60,047 nucleotides of DNA from a virus (lineage: Duplodnaviria; Caudoviricetes), in IMG/VR virus record IMGVR_UViG_3300044823_000503, positions 1-60,047 of that record. One strand, 5' to 3'. Each line of letters opens with the position of its first letter. Position 1 is the first letter of the stretch. Position numbers and translations under genes: made by a program. The notes beneath the pieces are model-generated. The model saw nothing but the letters and a program-made list of their open reading frames with translations, was not told the DNA's origin and ran no database searches. Positions 26,639-37,694 of the stretch are shown in pieces.

Positions 26639-28276
26639 GTGGGCGGCCTGATCGCGGCGATCCTCGCCTGGATCGCCCGGCTCTTCGGCCGGACGCCTGC
26701 ACCCAAGCCCGCTCCGGTGCCGGTTCCGGTACCAACACCTCCTCCGGCACCGACCCCCGTGCCGACACCGGCCCCGGTGCCCGTTCCCTCGCCTCCGACC
26801 CTCGCCAGCGCCAGGTTGACAGCCTCCATGACCGGCACCACCGGCATGGCGGTGCTCCTGTTCGTCGACTCGGCGGGCGACCAGACGGAGCCGCCCGCGG
26901 GCGTGGAGGGGGTCTTCACGAGCGCCAGTCCCTCCCTCACGGTGGGAGCGGCGGCGATCGTCGCGGGCAGCGATACCCCGTGGGACGATACCCTCCAGGC
27001 CCCGCTCGCCGTCGCGTCCGGAACCGCCCCCGGTCAGTACAGCGTGGGCATCGCCGCCCTCCTCACCGGCCCCGGTGGATCGCCGCTCTCGCTCGCCAGC
27101 GGGCAGCCCTTCCCGCCACCGGCACCGGCCGAGGCCAGCTTCACCGTCCCCGAGCCGGTTCCACCTCCCCCGGTGATCGTGCCCGGCGAATCCGGCATCG
27201 ACGCCGAGATGATCGACACCCTGCCGGCTGGCATCCTGGCCGCCGCGAACGTGCTCTTCTTCTACGGCTCCCCCTTCGGGTCGACCCAGGGGCCGGCCCG
27301 GGTCACTCCGGCCGCCTTCGTCAACGGCCAACTCGCGAGTGGCAAGCCCTGCTGGGGCATCTATTTCCCGGGCTGCGACCCCGCCCAGGCGTACGCCCAG
27401 GCGATGTCCGCCCCCGCCGACACCGGTGTCGTCATGGACCTGGAGCCGCAGCACGAGCAGGACGCCCAGAGCCTCCTCTGGTGCCAGCAGTTCGGTGCCT
27501 ACATGCTGGCGCACGGCATGCCCTGTGCCATCTACTCGCACCAGGCGACCTGTGAGGCGCTCGCCGCCTATTACGACGCCCAGTGGTGGGATGGTCAGGG
27601 TCAGCCGACCGTCGTGCCGGTGAGGACCGCGATCCAATACGGTCAGCAGGTGGTGGGCGGGACGCCGTATGACACCTCGGCCTGCGACACCTACTTCCTG
27701 ACCGCTGCTCCGGCTCCGCCTCCGCCCCCCAGCCTCATCTCTCTGGCCGCCTTCGTCGCCCAGGACAACGGCCAGCTGGTGACCGTGCCGGGCTGGCCGA
27801 CCGAGCCCGAGTGCACCGACCTGGCGCTCTCCTGGCTGATGTCCCAGGGCATCTCGGGGGGTTCCGTGCACGGCAACGCCGTGCAGTGGGCCTCCGAGAG
27901 CATCCCGGGCTGCCAGTGGATCCCCAACTCCCCGACCAACATGCCGGCCCCTGGCGATGTCCCGGTCTGGGGCCCGTACGCACCGCTCGGGGTGGGTGCC
28001 GACGGTCACGTGGACATCGCGTACCAGGCGATCGCCGTGATGAGCTTCCTCGGTTTTGATCAGAACTGGCCGACCGGCAGCCTGGCCCACCTGCAGACTC
28101 ACTCGTACGGTGGCGTGCTGGGCTGGCAGCACCCGACGACCGGTCTGGGACGTGCCATCCTGCGCCTCATCGTCCGCCCACAGCGGGACCGGGCGGTCTG
28201 GGTGCCCTACCCGGAGTGCCGCAAGGACGCGCTCTGGGTTCCCGACGCCAAACTCTCGAGGAGGATCGCGGCGTGA
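26639..28276 (+). CDS. Modular cell-wall hydrolase: Pro linker, Ig-like, GH25-like and CHAP domains
   Basis: CHAP: ECTDL...GNAVQW...PGDVPVW...GHVDIA...DQNW; central VMDLE...IYS...QY. Confidence 0.75.
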   Translation: MGGLIAAILAWIARLFGRTPAPKPAPVPVPVPTPPPAPTPVPTPAPVPVPSPPTLASARLTASMTGTTGMAVLLFVDSAGDQTEPPAGVEGVFTSASPSLTVGAAAIVAGSDTPWDDTLQAPLAVASGTAPGQYSVGIAALLTGPGGSPLSLASGQPFPPPAPAEASFTVPEPVPPPPVIVPGESGIDAEMIDTLPAGILAAANVLFFYGSPFGSTQGPARVTPAAFVNGQLASGKPCWGIYFPGCDPAQAYAQAMSAPADTGVVMDLEPQHEQDAQSLLWCQQFGAYMLAHGMPCAIYSHQATCEALAAYYDAQWWDGQGQPTVVPVRTAIQYGQQVVGGTPYDTSACDTYFLTAAPAPPPPPSLISLAAFVAQDNGQLVTVPGWPTEPECTDLALSWLMSQGISGGSVHGNAVQWASESIPGCQWIPNSPTNMPAPGDVPVWGPYAPLGVGADGHVDIAYQAIAVMSFLGFDQNWPTGSLAHLQTHSYGGVLGWQHPTTGLGRAILRLIVRPQRDRAVWVPYPECRKDALWVPDAKLSRRIAA

Positions 28277-29172
28277 CCTACGTACCCTTCCACACCCCGG
28301 TCACCTCCACCAAGTTCGGCCACGTGGCGATCGCCCGGCCCACGCGGCCGGAGAGGATGTACCTCTTCAACGGCGACCCGACGACGCTTCGGGTCTCGGA
28401 TTGGGAGTCTCCTGTCCCAGTTCTCGACCAGGAGGACCTCATCGAGCAGGGCATCTCGACCAACCTGCTCATCCCCGGAGCCCCCCGGGTGGACGCGCTC
28501 GGCTCCTGCACCTGCAACGGCGGGGCGGCCCATTTGGGCGAACGGCTGCACGCGGCAGGGGCCGCGGCGTCGGTCGCGGCTGTGGCAGGTCAGCAGCTCA
28601 GCTTCACCGACCCGGTGCAGGCCGAGCGGTTCGCCATCTGCACCTATCACGCCGTCACTGACCTGACCGGGCAGCCCTCCGAGGAGTGGCCGCCCACGGA
28701 CTGCGGCTCCAATGAGTACTACGTGGGGCAGTACTTCCAGCGCCTCAATTTCATCCAGGGCAGCCAGGAGCCGACCACGCTCGCCTCGCTGCTCTCCCTG
28801 CTCCAGACCGGCTCGGTGGCGGTGGGTGGGCCCTGGCTCAACGCTTGGATGACCCCCAACGCCCAGGGATTTGTGGATGGGGACGGGTCGCTGGAGGCCT
28901 GGCAGGCGGCGCTCGCCTCGGGGGTCGCCGGCGGCCACGAGACGCTCATCTCGGCGATCGAGGCGATCGCCATGCTGACCCTCAGTCAGGTGGACCTGAC
29001 CAAGACCATCCTTCGGTGCCGGAACTCCTGGTCCAAGAGCTTCGGCGATCAGGGCTCATACCGCCTGCACGCCTCGACGTACAGCTACGCGTTGGCCCAG
29101 TGGCAGTTCGACCGCTTCACGGTCGCCGCTCGGCCCCGGCCCCAGCCGGCACCGCTCCCGGTGGCGGCATGA
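28273..29172 (+). CDS. Papain-like (C1) cysteine peptidase
   Basis: VLDQ...GSCT, GGHE, RNSWSKSFGDQG. Confidence 0.8.
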   Translation: MTYVPFHTPVTSTKFGHVAIARPTRPERMYLFNGDPTTLRVSDWESPVPVLDQEDLIEQGISTNLLIPGAPRVDALGSCTCNGGAAHLGERLHAAGAAASVAAVAGQQLSFTDPVQAERFAICTYHAVTDLTGQPSEEWPPTDCGSNEYYVGQYFQRLNFIQGSQEPTTLASLLSLLQTGSVAVGGPWLNAWMTPNAQGFVDGDGSLEAWQAALASGVAGGHETLISAIEAIAMLTLSQVDLTKTILRCRNSWSKSFGDQGSYRLHASTYSYALAQWQFDRFTVAARPRPQPAPLPVAA

Positions 29173-29380
29173 GGCGCCTGACCAGGTTCTCGCTCGGCAT
29201 CACGCTCGCCTTCGCGGATGGTCTCCTCGAGGGCTGGCTGGAGATGGTGGAAAGGCGACGCAAGGAGACACGACATGAGTAGGCGACGTGACCTCGTGAT
29301 CGGCATGGCGGCGGGTGCCTATCTGGCCCACCGGGTGGGCCGGGCGCTCCGGCGCTTCGCCAGGGCACAGATGAGGGCCC

Positions 29381-30365
29381 TTACCCTTCGGAGGAAGCGG
29401 CCACCGAGGGGCGGCAGGTAGGCGGCTCAGGGTTCGTTGTCGACTATCCGACAGGTGTGACCGATTGGCGCGTTCGGTATGTAGTCACCTGTAAGCACGT
29501 TGTTGAGGGGGGCGGCCATTGGGTGCGGCTCAACCATCAGACGGGCACGCATATCGTTCACATACCTCCCGTACCTCCCGACGGCCCTAACCCTGACCAC
29601 TGGGTGCCCGCTCCAGGCGACGATGACTTTGAGGTTGCCCCCCTTCGGCTTCCCAGCCATGTCGCGCCGTACGCACTTGAGTTGGATGTTGTCGCTCTGA
29701 CTCAGGAGAAGGCCGTCGCCTTGAAGGTTGGTCCTGGTGACGAGGTGTACATGGTTGGTAGGCTTCTTGCGCACGCTGGGCGGGTTACTAACAATCCCGT
29801 AGCGCGCTTCGGGAACGTCTCCCTCATGCCCAACGTAAAGGAACTGGTGCGCGACGGTAGGGGAAAGGACGTTGAGGCGTACCTGATCGAGATGCGGTCA
29901 CATGCCGGCTTCAGTGGCTCTCCAGTCTTTCTCCTTATCCCGCAGGGGACGTTCCGGGGCGAGATCGGTGATACCTCATTGGAGGATCAGTACACGCGCT
30001 TTCGCCTGTTGGGGATTGACACGGGGCACAAGCTGGATCACCTAGATGTGCTCTCCCGCACGTCAAGCGGCTGGGAGAAGCGCCCTGATCTCGACGTGGA
30101 GCACTTCACGGACGTTGCGGTCGTGGCGCCGATTTGGAAGGTGGTGAATCTGTTGGAACGGGGGGACTTCGCTACGGAACGCCTACGAATAGGAAGAGAA
30201 ATGGAGAGATTGCGTGGCAATGAGCGGGCCGTCTCGGATGTGGCTTCCGATGGCTCCGAGTTCGCTCGGTTCCAAGAGTTGACGAGCAAGCTCCTGGAGG
30301 TCCCGAAGACAGAGCTGGATGCCAAACTGCGAGCGGAGAAGGGTGACGATTCTAGCGCCCAGTAA
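29381..30365 (+). pseudogene. 5'-truncated trypsin-like serine protease (IS passenger)
   Basis: GGSGFVV...VTCKHV...GFSGSPVF. Homology continues upstream of the first start codon (29457). Lower GC. Confidence 0.6.
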
Positions 30366-31275
30366 GCTCCGCGTAGGTGAGGCGTCGGCCAGCCGCCATG
30401 CTCAGGACGGCGGCGAACCTGCCCAGGTCGGTGAGGTCACGCATGTTGTATGTGAACACGCGCTCATCCAGATACCGAAACAGATGGAAGGGCTCGACGC
30501 TCACGTAGGTACCGTGCAGACCCCGCTTGAGCAGGCTCCAGAAGTTCTCGATCCCGTTGGTGTGAACCTGGCCGCGGACGTAGCACTCGGCATGATCGAC
30601 GGTCTCGTGGGTGAACTCGCCAGCGAGACCAGTGTAGGAGTCGAGCGCGTCCGTGTAGACGGTGGCACCGGGAGCGACGTGCTGCTGGACGTGGCGGTGC
30701 AGGGTGGCCCTGGTGCGGTCCGGGATCACGGCAGCGCGGACCGCGCCGGGGCGCTGGAGAACGCCCGCGACCGCAGCCTTGTCCATCCCGCCCGTGCCGT
30801 GGATCTTGCGGATGCGGTCGGTCTTGTGCATGTTCCGGGCCTTGCCACCGATGAAGGTCTCATCGACCTCAACGGTGCCGTCGAACTTGTCGAAGCTGCC
30901 GGTCTGCATCGCCAGCCGGATGCGGTGGAGCATGAACCAAGCCGACTTCTGAGTGACCCCAAGAGCGCGGGCCAACTCGTGCGACGAGATGCCGTTCTTG
31001 GAGTTGGCGATCAGCCAAACGGACGGAAGCCACTTGTCCAGGCCGAGCGGCGAGTCCTCGAAGATCGTGCCCACCTTGACCGAGAACTGCTTCTTGCACG
31101 CCTTGCACTTCCACAGGCGGCGGGTGCTTAGGTATGAGAGCGCCGTCCCGTCGCAGCGCGGGCAGACCGGGCCGGTCGGCCAGCGGAGGCCAGCCAGGAA
31201 CTCGGTGCCAACGTCCGGGTCCGAGAAGTAGCGGATCGCCTGGAGGAGGGTGGTGGGGAGGTCTTTCCTTGCCAT
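30352..31275 (-). CDS. IS1595-family transposase
   Basis: RWPTGPVCPRC...CKAC zinc ribbon; VEVDETFIGG; YTD; HTNGIENFWSLLKRG; YLDE. Confidence 0.95.
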   Translation of the reverse strand: MARKDLPTTLLQAIRYFSDPDVGTEFLAGLRWPTGPVCPRCDGTALSYLSTRRLWKCKACKKQFSVKVGTIFEDSPLGLDKWLPSVWLIANSKNGISSHELARALGVTQKSAWFMLHRIRLAMQTGSFDKFDGTVEVDETFIGGKARNMHKTDRIRKIHGTGGMDKAAVAGVLQRPGAVRAAVIPDRTRATLHRHVQQHVAPGATVYTDALDSYTGLAGEFTHETVDHAECYVRGQVHTNGIENFWSLLKRGLHGTYVSVEPFHLFRYLDERVFTYNMRDLTDLGRFAAVLSMAAGRRLTYAELTGR

Positions 31276-31394
31276 ACGGTGAGTTTACTACGTCGCCGCG
31301 GGTGTGTCAACTATATCGTTCCCCTCTGGAGGCTGGGCAGGACGGTCCGACGGGCTGACTGCGGATCACCGTCACTCCGAGACCGATGCGCAGC

Positions 31395-31610
31395 TCATGC
31401 CGCGTCGCCGGCGGGCGGGGGCAGGATCTCCTCGAGGGGGACGCCCAGCGCTCGGGCCACCGCCATGGCGTAGGCGACCAGCGGCTGACGCTCGCCACGC
31501 TCCCACCTGGAGATCACGGAGCGATCCACGTGCGAGCGCCGGGCCAGTTCGACGGTGGTCCAGCCGCGCGCCGTCCGGAGCGCACGCAGTCGGTTCGTGG
31601 CGACTTCCAT
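31395..31610 (-). CDS. XRE-family HTH regulator
   Basis: RLRALRTARGWTTVELA...ISRWERGERQP...ALGV. Confidence 0.9.
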   Translation of the reverse strand: MEVATNRLRALRTARGWTTVELARRSHVDRSVISRWERGERQPLVAYAMAVARALGVPLEEILPPPAGDAA

Positions 31611-31633
31611 GGGCGTCATCATACCGATACAGT

Positions 31634-31683
31634 GTGTCACTTGACAAGTGCCACCTCCAGGGCTTAGGGTCGTGTCAGTTGAC
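31634..31683 (+). promoter_or_regulatory. Early promoter with operators
   Basis: TTGACA (31641)-N18-TAGGGT; palindrome CACTTG-A-CAAGTG; GTGTCASTTGAC twice. Confidence 0.7.
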
Positions 31684-31735
31684 CAAGAGGCAAGCGCCGG
31701 CCCCCCAACCACGGCGCAGAAGAGGCATGGAACCA

Positions 31736-32193
31736 TGACAGATAACGTCACCGGGATCGCCCCGAAGGGGGAGGCGAGCGTACCCGTTACCCACCTACAC
31801 CGGGCCCGGTTCGATCGCAAGACGTCGGCAGCGCTCTGGATTCTGTGCTTCGGCGACGTGCCGGCGGACACCCAGACTGTGCGCGCCGTCCATGACCGTT
31901 GGACCGACCGTGACCAGGTAGGCTCCTGGCCCGGCTGCCCGCTGCGCGGCGAGCACGAGCCGGTCGAGATCGTTCCCCTGGCTGGCGGCTACTTCGAGCC
32001 GGCCGCCGAGCGCGAGGCCAGCGAGCAGGAGGCCGCCGGACTGGCGGAGTTCCACTCGCACTTCGACCAGCCCTGCGAGTTCCCCACCTGCGCGGGGTGC
32101 GGGGGTTGCACCGAGGAGGGCGGCCACCGCCACGCGGGCCGCGCCTACTGTGGCAACTGCGGCGAGAAGCGCGTCCTCGAGGCGGCGCAATGA
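31736..32193 (+). CDS. Cys-rich early protein
   Basis: First gene after the early promoter, CxxC pairs. Confidence 0.55.
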
Positions 32194-32880
32194 AGCGCCT
32201 CGCCCTCATCTCGCTGCTCGCCCTGGTCGGAGGTTTCGCCTCGGTCAACGTCTTCGCGACGGAACTGGATGGGCTGAACGCCCTGCCGGCTGTGTCAGTC
32301 CCGGCCGCCGGCATCACGCAAGTGAGCGGGCCGCTGTGCGGGACGTTCGCGGATGCCATCGAGCACGTCACGGAGTGCTGGACATGACCGCCCTGGACTG
32401 GCCGCCCCCTCAGCCGGAACCCGACTTCACCATCACGCTCACCTCGCGGCCACCCGTCCGCATCGTCAAGGCGCAGTGGCCCATCCTCGCCTCCTCCACC
32501 CATTGGATCGAGGTCGGGGGGAAGACGGCGGTGTCCCTCACGGTCCGCCAGCGCATCGACGGGACCGGGGCCATCGTGTACGGAGTGCTCCTCCCCGGCG
32601 ACCTCCCCGGCCGTCGCCGGGGGGTGCTCCTGCAGCGCCCCCTCATCATCCCGACCGCCTGCCGGGGGGTGGCCATGGACCTCCTCCCCGACCACGCTCA
32701 GATCGCCTCCGACCTCGCCGAGGCCGTGATCGCGAAGCTCCCGGCGGAGAGGCTGCCATGACCGCCCTGGCCGCCACCGCCGCCCTCCTCATCACCACCG
32801 CCGTCGGCCTCGCCGCCACGCTCATCACGGCACTCGCCGTGCTGGATCGGCGGCTGGCCCACCACCACTGAGGCACAAAG

Positions 32881-33585
32881 ATGTTCAAGATCCTCACCGG
32901 AATCCTCCTCGCCGGGCTCGCCCTGGCGGGCTTCAACCTGGTTGGCGGCAAGCCGCTGCTCCAGCCCTTCTACACCGGGCCCCTGCCCGTGCTGAGCAGC
33001 CCCGCCGCGACGCCAACGCCCACCCAGGCGCCCGCCGCCCCTCGGCTGCTCACCCCCACGGCCGCAGCCTCGCCAACCGCGACGCCGACCGCCTGCCCGG
33101 GCGACTGCTCCACCGATGAGGGGGGCGCCGGAATCACGGCATCTCCCACCGCCACGCCGACGCCAGCAGCCGCGCCGACGACCGTCACATGGACGGCGGC
33201 GGACTGCTCCTGGGCGGCCACCACCCTGGCCCAGGATGCCGGCCTGGACAGCGCCGAGGCGGCCGCGCTGCAGGCGGGCACCGACACCCGCTATCCCCTC
33301 TCCGATGTCCCGTACTACCGCGCCGAGGCCGCCGACTGGACGACGCTGGCGGTATGGATCGCCACCGCCTGCGCCAGCACCACCGCGCCCCCCGCGAGCG
33401 AGATCGCTCAGGGCGAGGGCTGGCTGGAGGCGGCATACCAGAGCCACGTGGCTGACGCTCTCCAGAATCCCGGGGACGCCGCCTGGGACACGCAGTGGGA
33501 GCAGAGCTACCAGCGGCTGATCGGGATGCTGGGCACCGCCGTCAATGACGACTGTGCCGACGGCGCGGCCTGCGCGGCGGCGTGA
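32881..33585 (+). CDS. Secreted Pro/Thr-rich protein
   Basis: Signal peptide, PT repeats. Confidence 0.65.
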   Translation: MFKILTGILLAGLALAGFNLVGGKPLLQPFYTGPLPVLSSPAATPTPTQAPAAPRLLTPTAAASPTATPTACPGDCSTDEGGAGITASPTATPTPAAAPTTVTWTAADCSWAATTLAQDAGLDSAEAAALQAGTDTRYPLSDVPYYRAEAADWTTLAVWIATACASTTAPPASEIAQGEGWLEAAYQSHVADALQNPGDAAWDTQWEQSYQRLIGMLGTAVNDDCADGAACAAA

Positions 33586-34085
33586 CGGTGATGAAGATGC
33601 GCCACATCCTCGCCGCCACCCTGGCCGCCCCCGCTCTCTTCATGGCGGGCTGCGCACTTTGGCCCGTCAGCCCCACGCCCATCACCGCCACGCCCGCACC
33701 CACGGCCGCGACCACTATCGCCACCGCGTCCCCGGTGGTGCCGCCGGCCACCTTCATGGCGCCGCCGCCTCCCACGCCGACGCCTCTGCCGCTCGTGGAG
33801 TGCATCGATCTCCAGACGCAGACGGGGGTCTTCTGCGCTGGGGACTCAACGTGTGCCAACTGGTCAGGCTGGACGGCCGGGGACCCCATCCCCGCCTGCA
33901 TGACCACCGTCGTGGTGTGCCTCTCCTGGCCGCCGCCCACCGGCTCGGAGCCGTGTGAGGGCATGGTGCTGCCCACCCCGCCCAATGCCCTGTACAGCCC
34001 TCCTGGGGTACCCTCGCTGATCGCCATCCCCCCGGTGCCCACCCTGGCGCCGCTCCCCTCTCCCACGCCAACTCCATCGCCGTGA
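33582..34085 (+). CDS. Pro/Thr-rich putative lipoprotein
   Basis: LFMAGC lipobox-like motif. Confidence 0.55.
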   Translation: MTVMKMRHILAATLAAPALFMAGCALWPVSPTPITATPAPTAATTIATASPVVPPATFMAPPPPTPTPLPLVECIDLQTQTGVFCAGDSTCANWSGWTAGDPIPACMTTVVVCLSWPPPTGSEPCEGMVLPTPPNALYSPPGVPSLIAIPPVPTLAPLPSPTPTPSP

Positions 34086-34419
34086 CGGAGAGAAATGATG
34101 GAACAGAGAGACAGGGACAGACCCTGCGCGTGGTGCGGCCGGCGAGCCTCGCTCCGTTTCCGCTGGATCGCGCCGCCCGCCCAGGGGCCGCACCCGTGGC
34201 GGCCCATATGCGACAGCTGTCTCCGTGGCCTCGAGGAGGTCGCGCCGACCGCCAACCGCTGGGAGGTCGCCCCACTATGAAGGTGCTGCTCCTGCCTGTC
34301 CGGCGCCCCCGCTGGCGACGCGACGCCATCATCGGCTGGGTCGGTGCGATCCTCTTCGGCATCGTCTTCTGGACCGCCCTGATCTGGGCGATCATCTGGT
34401 GGGTGCACGGAGGAGCCTC

Positions 34420-34869
34420 ATGAAGGCGCTGACGATCATCCAGCCGTGGGCCTCGCTGATCGCGGCGGGGGCCAAGACCATCGAGACGCGCTCCTGGTCG
34501 ACGCGGTACCGTGGCCCGCTCGCCATCCACGCGGCCAGTGGGCGCCCCACCTCTGCCTACTTCGACGCTCAGAGGGATCTCGCCCGGCGGCACATGGGGG
34601 TGGAGGCCGACCAGCTACCGAGCGGCCAGGTGGTCGCCGTGTGCATGCTCTTCCGCTGCCTCCCCATCGATGATCCCTCTGTCCGCCAACTCCTGGCCCG
34701 CCGCCCGCCCGAGCGGCCGCTGGGCGACTACAGCCCCAACCGGTGGGCCTGGGTGTTGAGCGACATCCACCGCCTGGACGCGCCAATCCCGGCCACGGGC
34801 CATCAGCGGCTCTGGAAGTGGACGCCGCCCGACGGCCTGCTCCTGACGTGGACGACGCACCATGGGTGA
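34420..34869 (+). CDS. ASCH domain protein
   Basis: MKALTIIQPWASLI..GAKTIETRSW...YRGPLAIHA...GHQRLW. Confidence 0.92.
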   Translation: MKALTIIQPWASLIAAGAKTIETRSWSTRYRGPLAIHAASGRPTSAYFDAQRDLARRHMGVEADQLPSGQVVAVCMLFRCLPIDDPSVRQLLARRPPERPLGDYSPNRWAWVLSDIHRLDAPIPATGHQRLWKWTPPDGLLLTWTTHHG

Positions 34870-35222
34870 CATGCTCCCACCGCACCAGTGCGGGCGGCAC
34901 GGGTCGTGCGCGGACGGTATCCACATCGACCACATCTGGGTGGCCACCCGTACCGACTCCGAGGGCACCTTCGCGCTGCCCACCCCGGAGCAGTGGCATG
35001 AGCTCGGCACCCTGCTGATCCAGCGCGAGGGCGTCTTCCCGATCCTGCTGGAGCTGCTGCCCAACATGACCGTCCCGCCGGGGACTCCGGTGGGATCGGT
35101 GTGCTGGCGCGTCACCTACGCTCACGACCTCGAGGTGGCGCGCCGGCGCGCCGCCTACCTTTCCCAGGCCGGCCTCGGGGACGGCTACAGCTTCCCGGCA
35201 GAACCCGACACGGAGGATCCTC

Positions 35223-35777
35223 ATGGGCATGTACAACCTCGTCTTTGAGAAGCACGGCGGCGAGGATGTCCTCGCCCTGCTGGGGCTGACCGCCCCCGGC
35301 GTGGGCCGCTTCCGTGACGCCTGGGTGGAGCGCACCGAGACGGGCCGGTTCCGGATCGCCGTGTACACCCGCAACGGCGGCGACAACCGCACCCACTGGG
35401 AGCACACCTACGACCTCAACACCGAGGGTCCCGGGTGCCCCTGCCCTGGCTGCATCATCACGTACCGCCTGCCCCACCACCCCTGCTACCTGAGCGACCG
35501 GGACGGCGATTTGGACAACACCTATGCGACTGTCTACTTCCGCCTGCCCACCCCGGCCGAGTGGGCGGAGATGGGGCTGCCGGCGGGCGTGGATATCGGC
35601 CAGCTGGCGGCGCAGATTGCCCGCCCGGTGGTGGACATGGACAGGGAGTGGAAGGAGCGCCTGGCCGCCCTCCAGTCGGGGGCGCCGCTACCGCCCGGTC
35701 TGAAGCACCTGGGCGAGCGCATCACGCTGGCCATGGACGACCCCGAGGGAGGGTCGGTCATGGTGGGGGAGCCGTGA
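35223..35777 (+). CDS. Phage hypothetical protein
   Basis: GRFRDAW...VYTRNGGDNR...DNTYATVYF; GGAGG RBS. Confidence 0.7.
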   Translation: MGMYNLVFEKHGGEDVLALLGLTAPGVGRFRDAWVERTETGRFRIAVYTRNGGDNRTHWEHTYDLNTEGPGCPCPGCIITYRLPHHPCYLSDRDGDLDNTYATVYFRLPTPAEWAEMGLPAGVDIGQLAAQIARPVVDMDREWKERLAALQSGAPLPPGLKHLGERITLAMDDPEGGSVMVGEP

Positions 35778-36796
35778 GCGGCCCCGAGATCTCCCGTCAG
35801 GGGGTCGTCTCGCCACCCGCCGCCTGGCCCCGTAACGACGACGGCGTCCAGGTGCCACGGCGCACCCAAGGCAGCATGGCCCACGGGTACAGCGCCCACG
35901 ACTTCGCGCTGGTCTGCCGGGTCTGCGGCGATGAGTGGGAGAACAATGAGCCCATCGGCATCGTGGCGGCGCATTTCCACCAGCACCACTCGGCGGTACC
36001 CAAGGTCACCTTCGCGCTGCTCTGGCTGGGCCGAGGCCCGGCGCCCGGCTCGCCACGATGACCCCGCAACCGCGCGCCATCTGTCGGCCTGCGCGCTGCC
36101 ATGGCTGCGGCGCCACGATCACCGAGTACGTCAAGCTCACCTTCAGCCTGTGCTCACCGGATCTCCGGCGGGACTATAGGCCGCGCATCGTCTGCCCCGA
36201 CTGCATCGGTAGGCCGAGCGGGGAGCTGCTCGGAATCACGGTCCTGGTGAAGAGCGACATGCACGCCGCTGCCGGGGACTTCGTGGCGGACATGACGGGA
36301 GGATCCGACGATGCTCGTGCCCAGGGGGATGGCCGAATCCGAGTACGCTCCGGCGGTGGAGACGTGACCTTTCGTGCTGATAACACCGATTCGACGGGAG
36401 CTAGCGATGTCTGAAACTACGCATAGGTACGTCTGCGAGAGTTGCGGGTGGGCCTGCGTCGCCCAGGATGACATGGAGTTTCCAGAGTGCGACAACTGCG
36501 GCGACCCGTTGGAGCGTGAGGACGAGCCGGAGCCGGTTCGTGCTGGCGCTCCAGATCGCGGCCGTGATGAACGCGCCGACTGCGATGGGGATGGCCCATC
36601 GACCGATCTTCCACCACCACGAGGCAGACCGAAGCCTAGAGCGGGCGGCGAGGTCATTCTGACGGTCGTCGTGGACGGCCACGTGGTGGCCACGTATCAT
36701 CCCGCCTACCCCAACCTCATCATCGGAGACACCGACAAGCCGTACCCGCCCAACGTCGCCGGTTGGGAGATCCGCATCTGGAGGGGGCCACTAGAG

Positions 36797-36863
36797 TTGT
36801 GCCAGCCGCCGAGCGGCAGCTGGACACTGACCAGCGACCCCACAAACCGAGTCGGCATCAGCT
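36797..36863 (-). repeat. 67-nt inverted copy of 9106-9172 (63/67 identical)
   Basis: Direct alignment by eye. Confidence 0.9.
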
Positions 36864-37211
36864 TCCCCGCTGCGTACGACGATGTCCACGTCCTCATGGG
36901 AACGATGGACAGCCTGCCCAGCGACGATCAGGTGCGGGACTTCGTCCTGTGGCGCATCGAGCAGTGTCGAAAGGCGGGCCTCGACAAGGTCAACTCAGCA
37001 CCCGCCGCTACCTGACGGTGGCCTTGATGACGGCACGCCCCGGCCCGGAGCGCTGCCCGTGCGGGCAGTCCCTCCACTACACCGACCCCCGGAATCAGGC
37101 TGCGGTGGAGACGATCATCGCCCAGCTGGGACCGACGATCACCGTGCAGGTCGGCGGCCACTCATACCAGGTCCCGGGCTCACCCCTTACTCACACTCAC
37201 ACGAAGGAACA

Positions 37212-37694
37212 ATGATGGCAGATACACCGACCGAAGCGACCGAGACAGAATCCTGGTGGCAGGATAAAGCCGTCTTCAAGGGATTTGGGAGTTTAGGACG
37301 GAGAGGGCAATTCACAATCGAAAAATGCGATTACTTAGGCGGTTATTCGGAGAAGCCGAAGCCGCGCAAGCTTAGCAACGCCTTCATGAGGCTCAGCCAA
37401 GACGGGATATTTCACAGGGCGGGAATCCACACCTTCACGATCCCGTGGGAACAGGTGGCCTCCATTGAGATCGAGGGGCCAGATCAAGCTGGACAGCGAG
37501 TAACCTTGACACGGGTGCTCGCGATCGGCATTTTTGCGCTTGGAGCGCAGAAGAAGCAAAAGTCTGCGGTAATCGTCGTGGGGCTCAGGGATGGGAGCGA
37601 AGCTTACTTTCAGACCCGCGAATACATGGCGTTTGACCTTCAGGCTCGGCTGGGGCCGATCATCAATCGGCTTCACCGCGCCGAAGGTACCTGA
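37212..37694 (+). CDS. Low-GC membrane-associated phage protein
   Basis: RVTLTRVLAIGIFALGAQKK; AAGGA RBS. Confidence 0.7.
   Translation: MMADTPTEATETESWWQDKAVFKGFGSLGRRGQFTIEKCDYLGGYSEKPKPRKLSNAFMRLSQDGIFHRAGIHTFTIPWEQVASIEIEGPDQAGQRVTLTRVLAIGIFALGAQKKQKSAVIVVGLRDGSEAYFQTREYMAFDLQARLGPIINRLHRAEGT

Larger units (their letters stand above)
29381..31324 (-). mobile_element. IS1595-family element with only one terminal repeat found
   Basis: IS1595-like end GTGTGTCAACTATATCGTTCCC at ~31302-31323; no matching inverted end seen. Confidence 0.6.

Noticed and set aside
26165-28132. Long antisense ORFs (26165-28132, 48936-50513, 39987-41381, 8424-9587 and similar)
   Set aside because: Shadows of high-GC3 genes that have recognisable motifs on the other strand.
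36797-36863. Diversity-generating retroelement TR/VR pair
   Set aside because: Mismatches are not adenine-specific and no reverse transcriptase is present.
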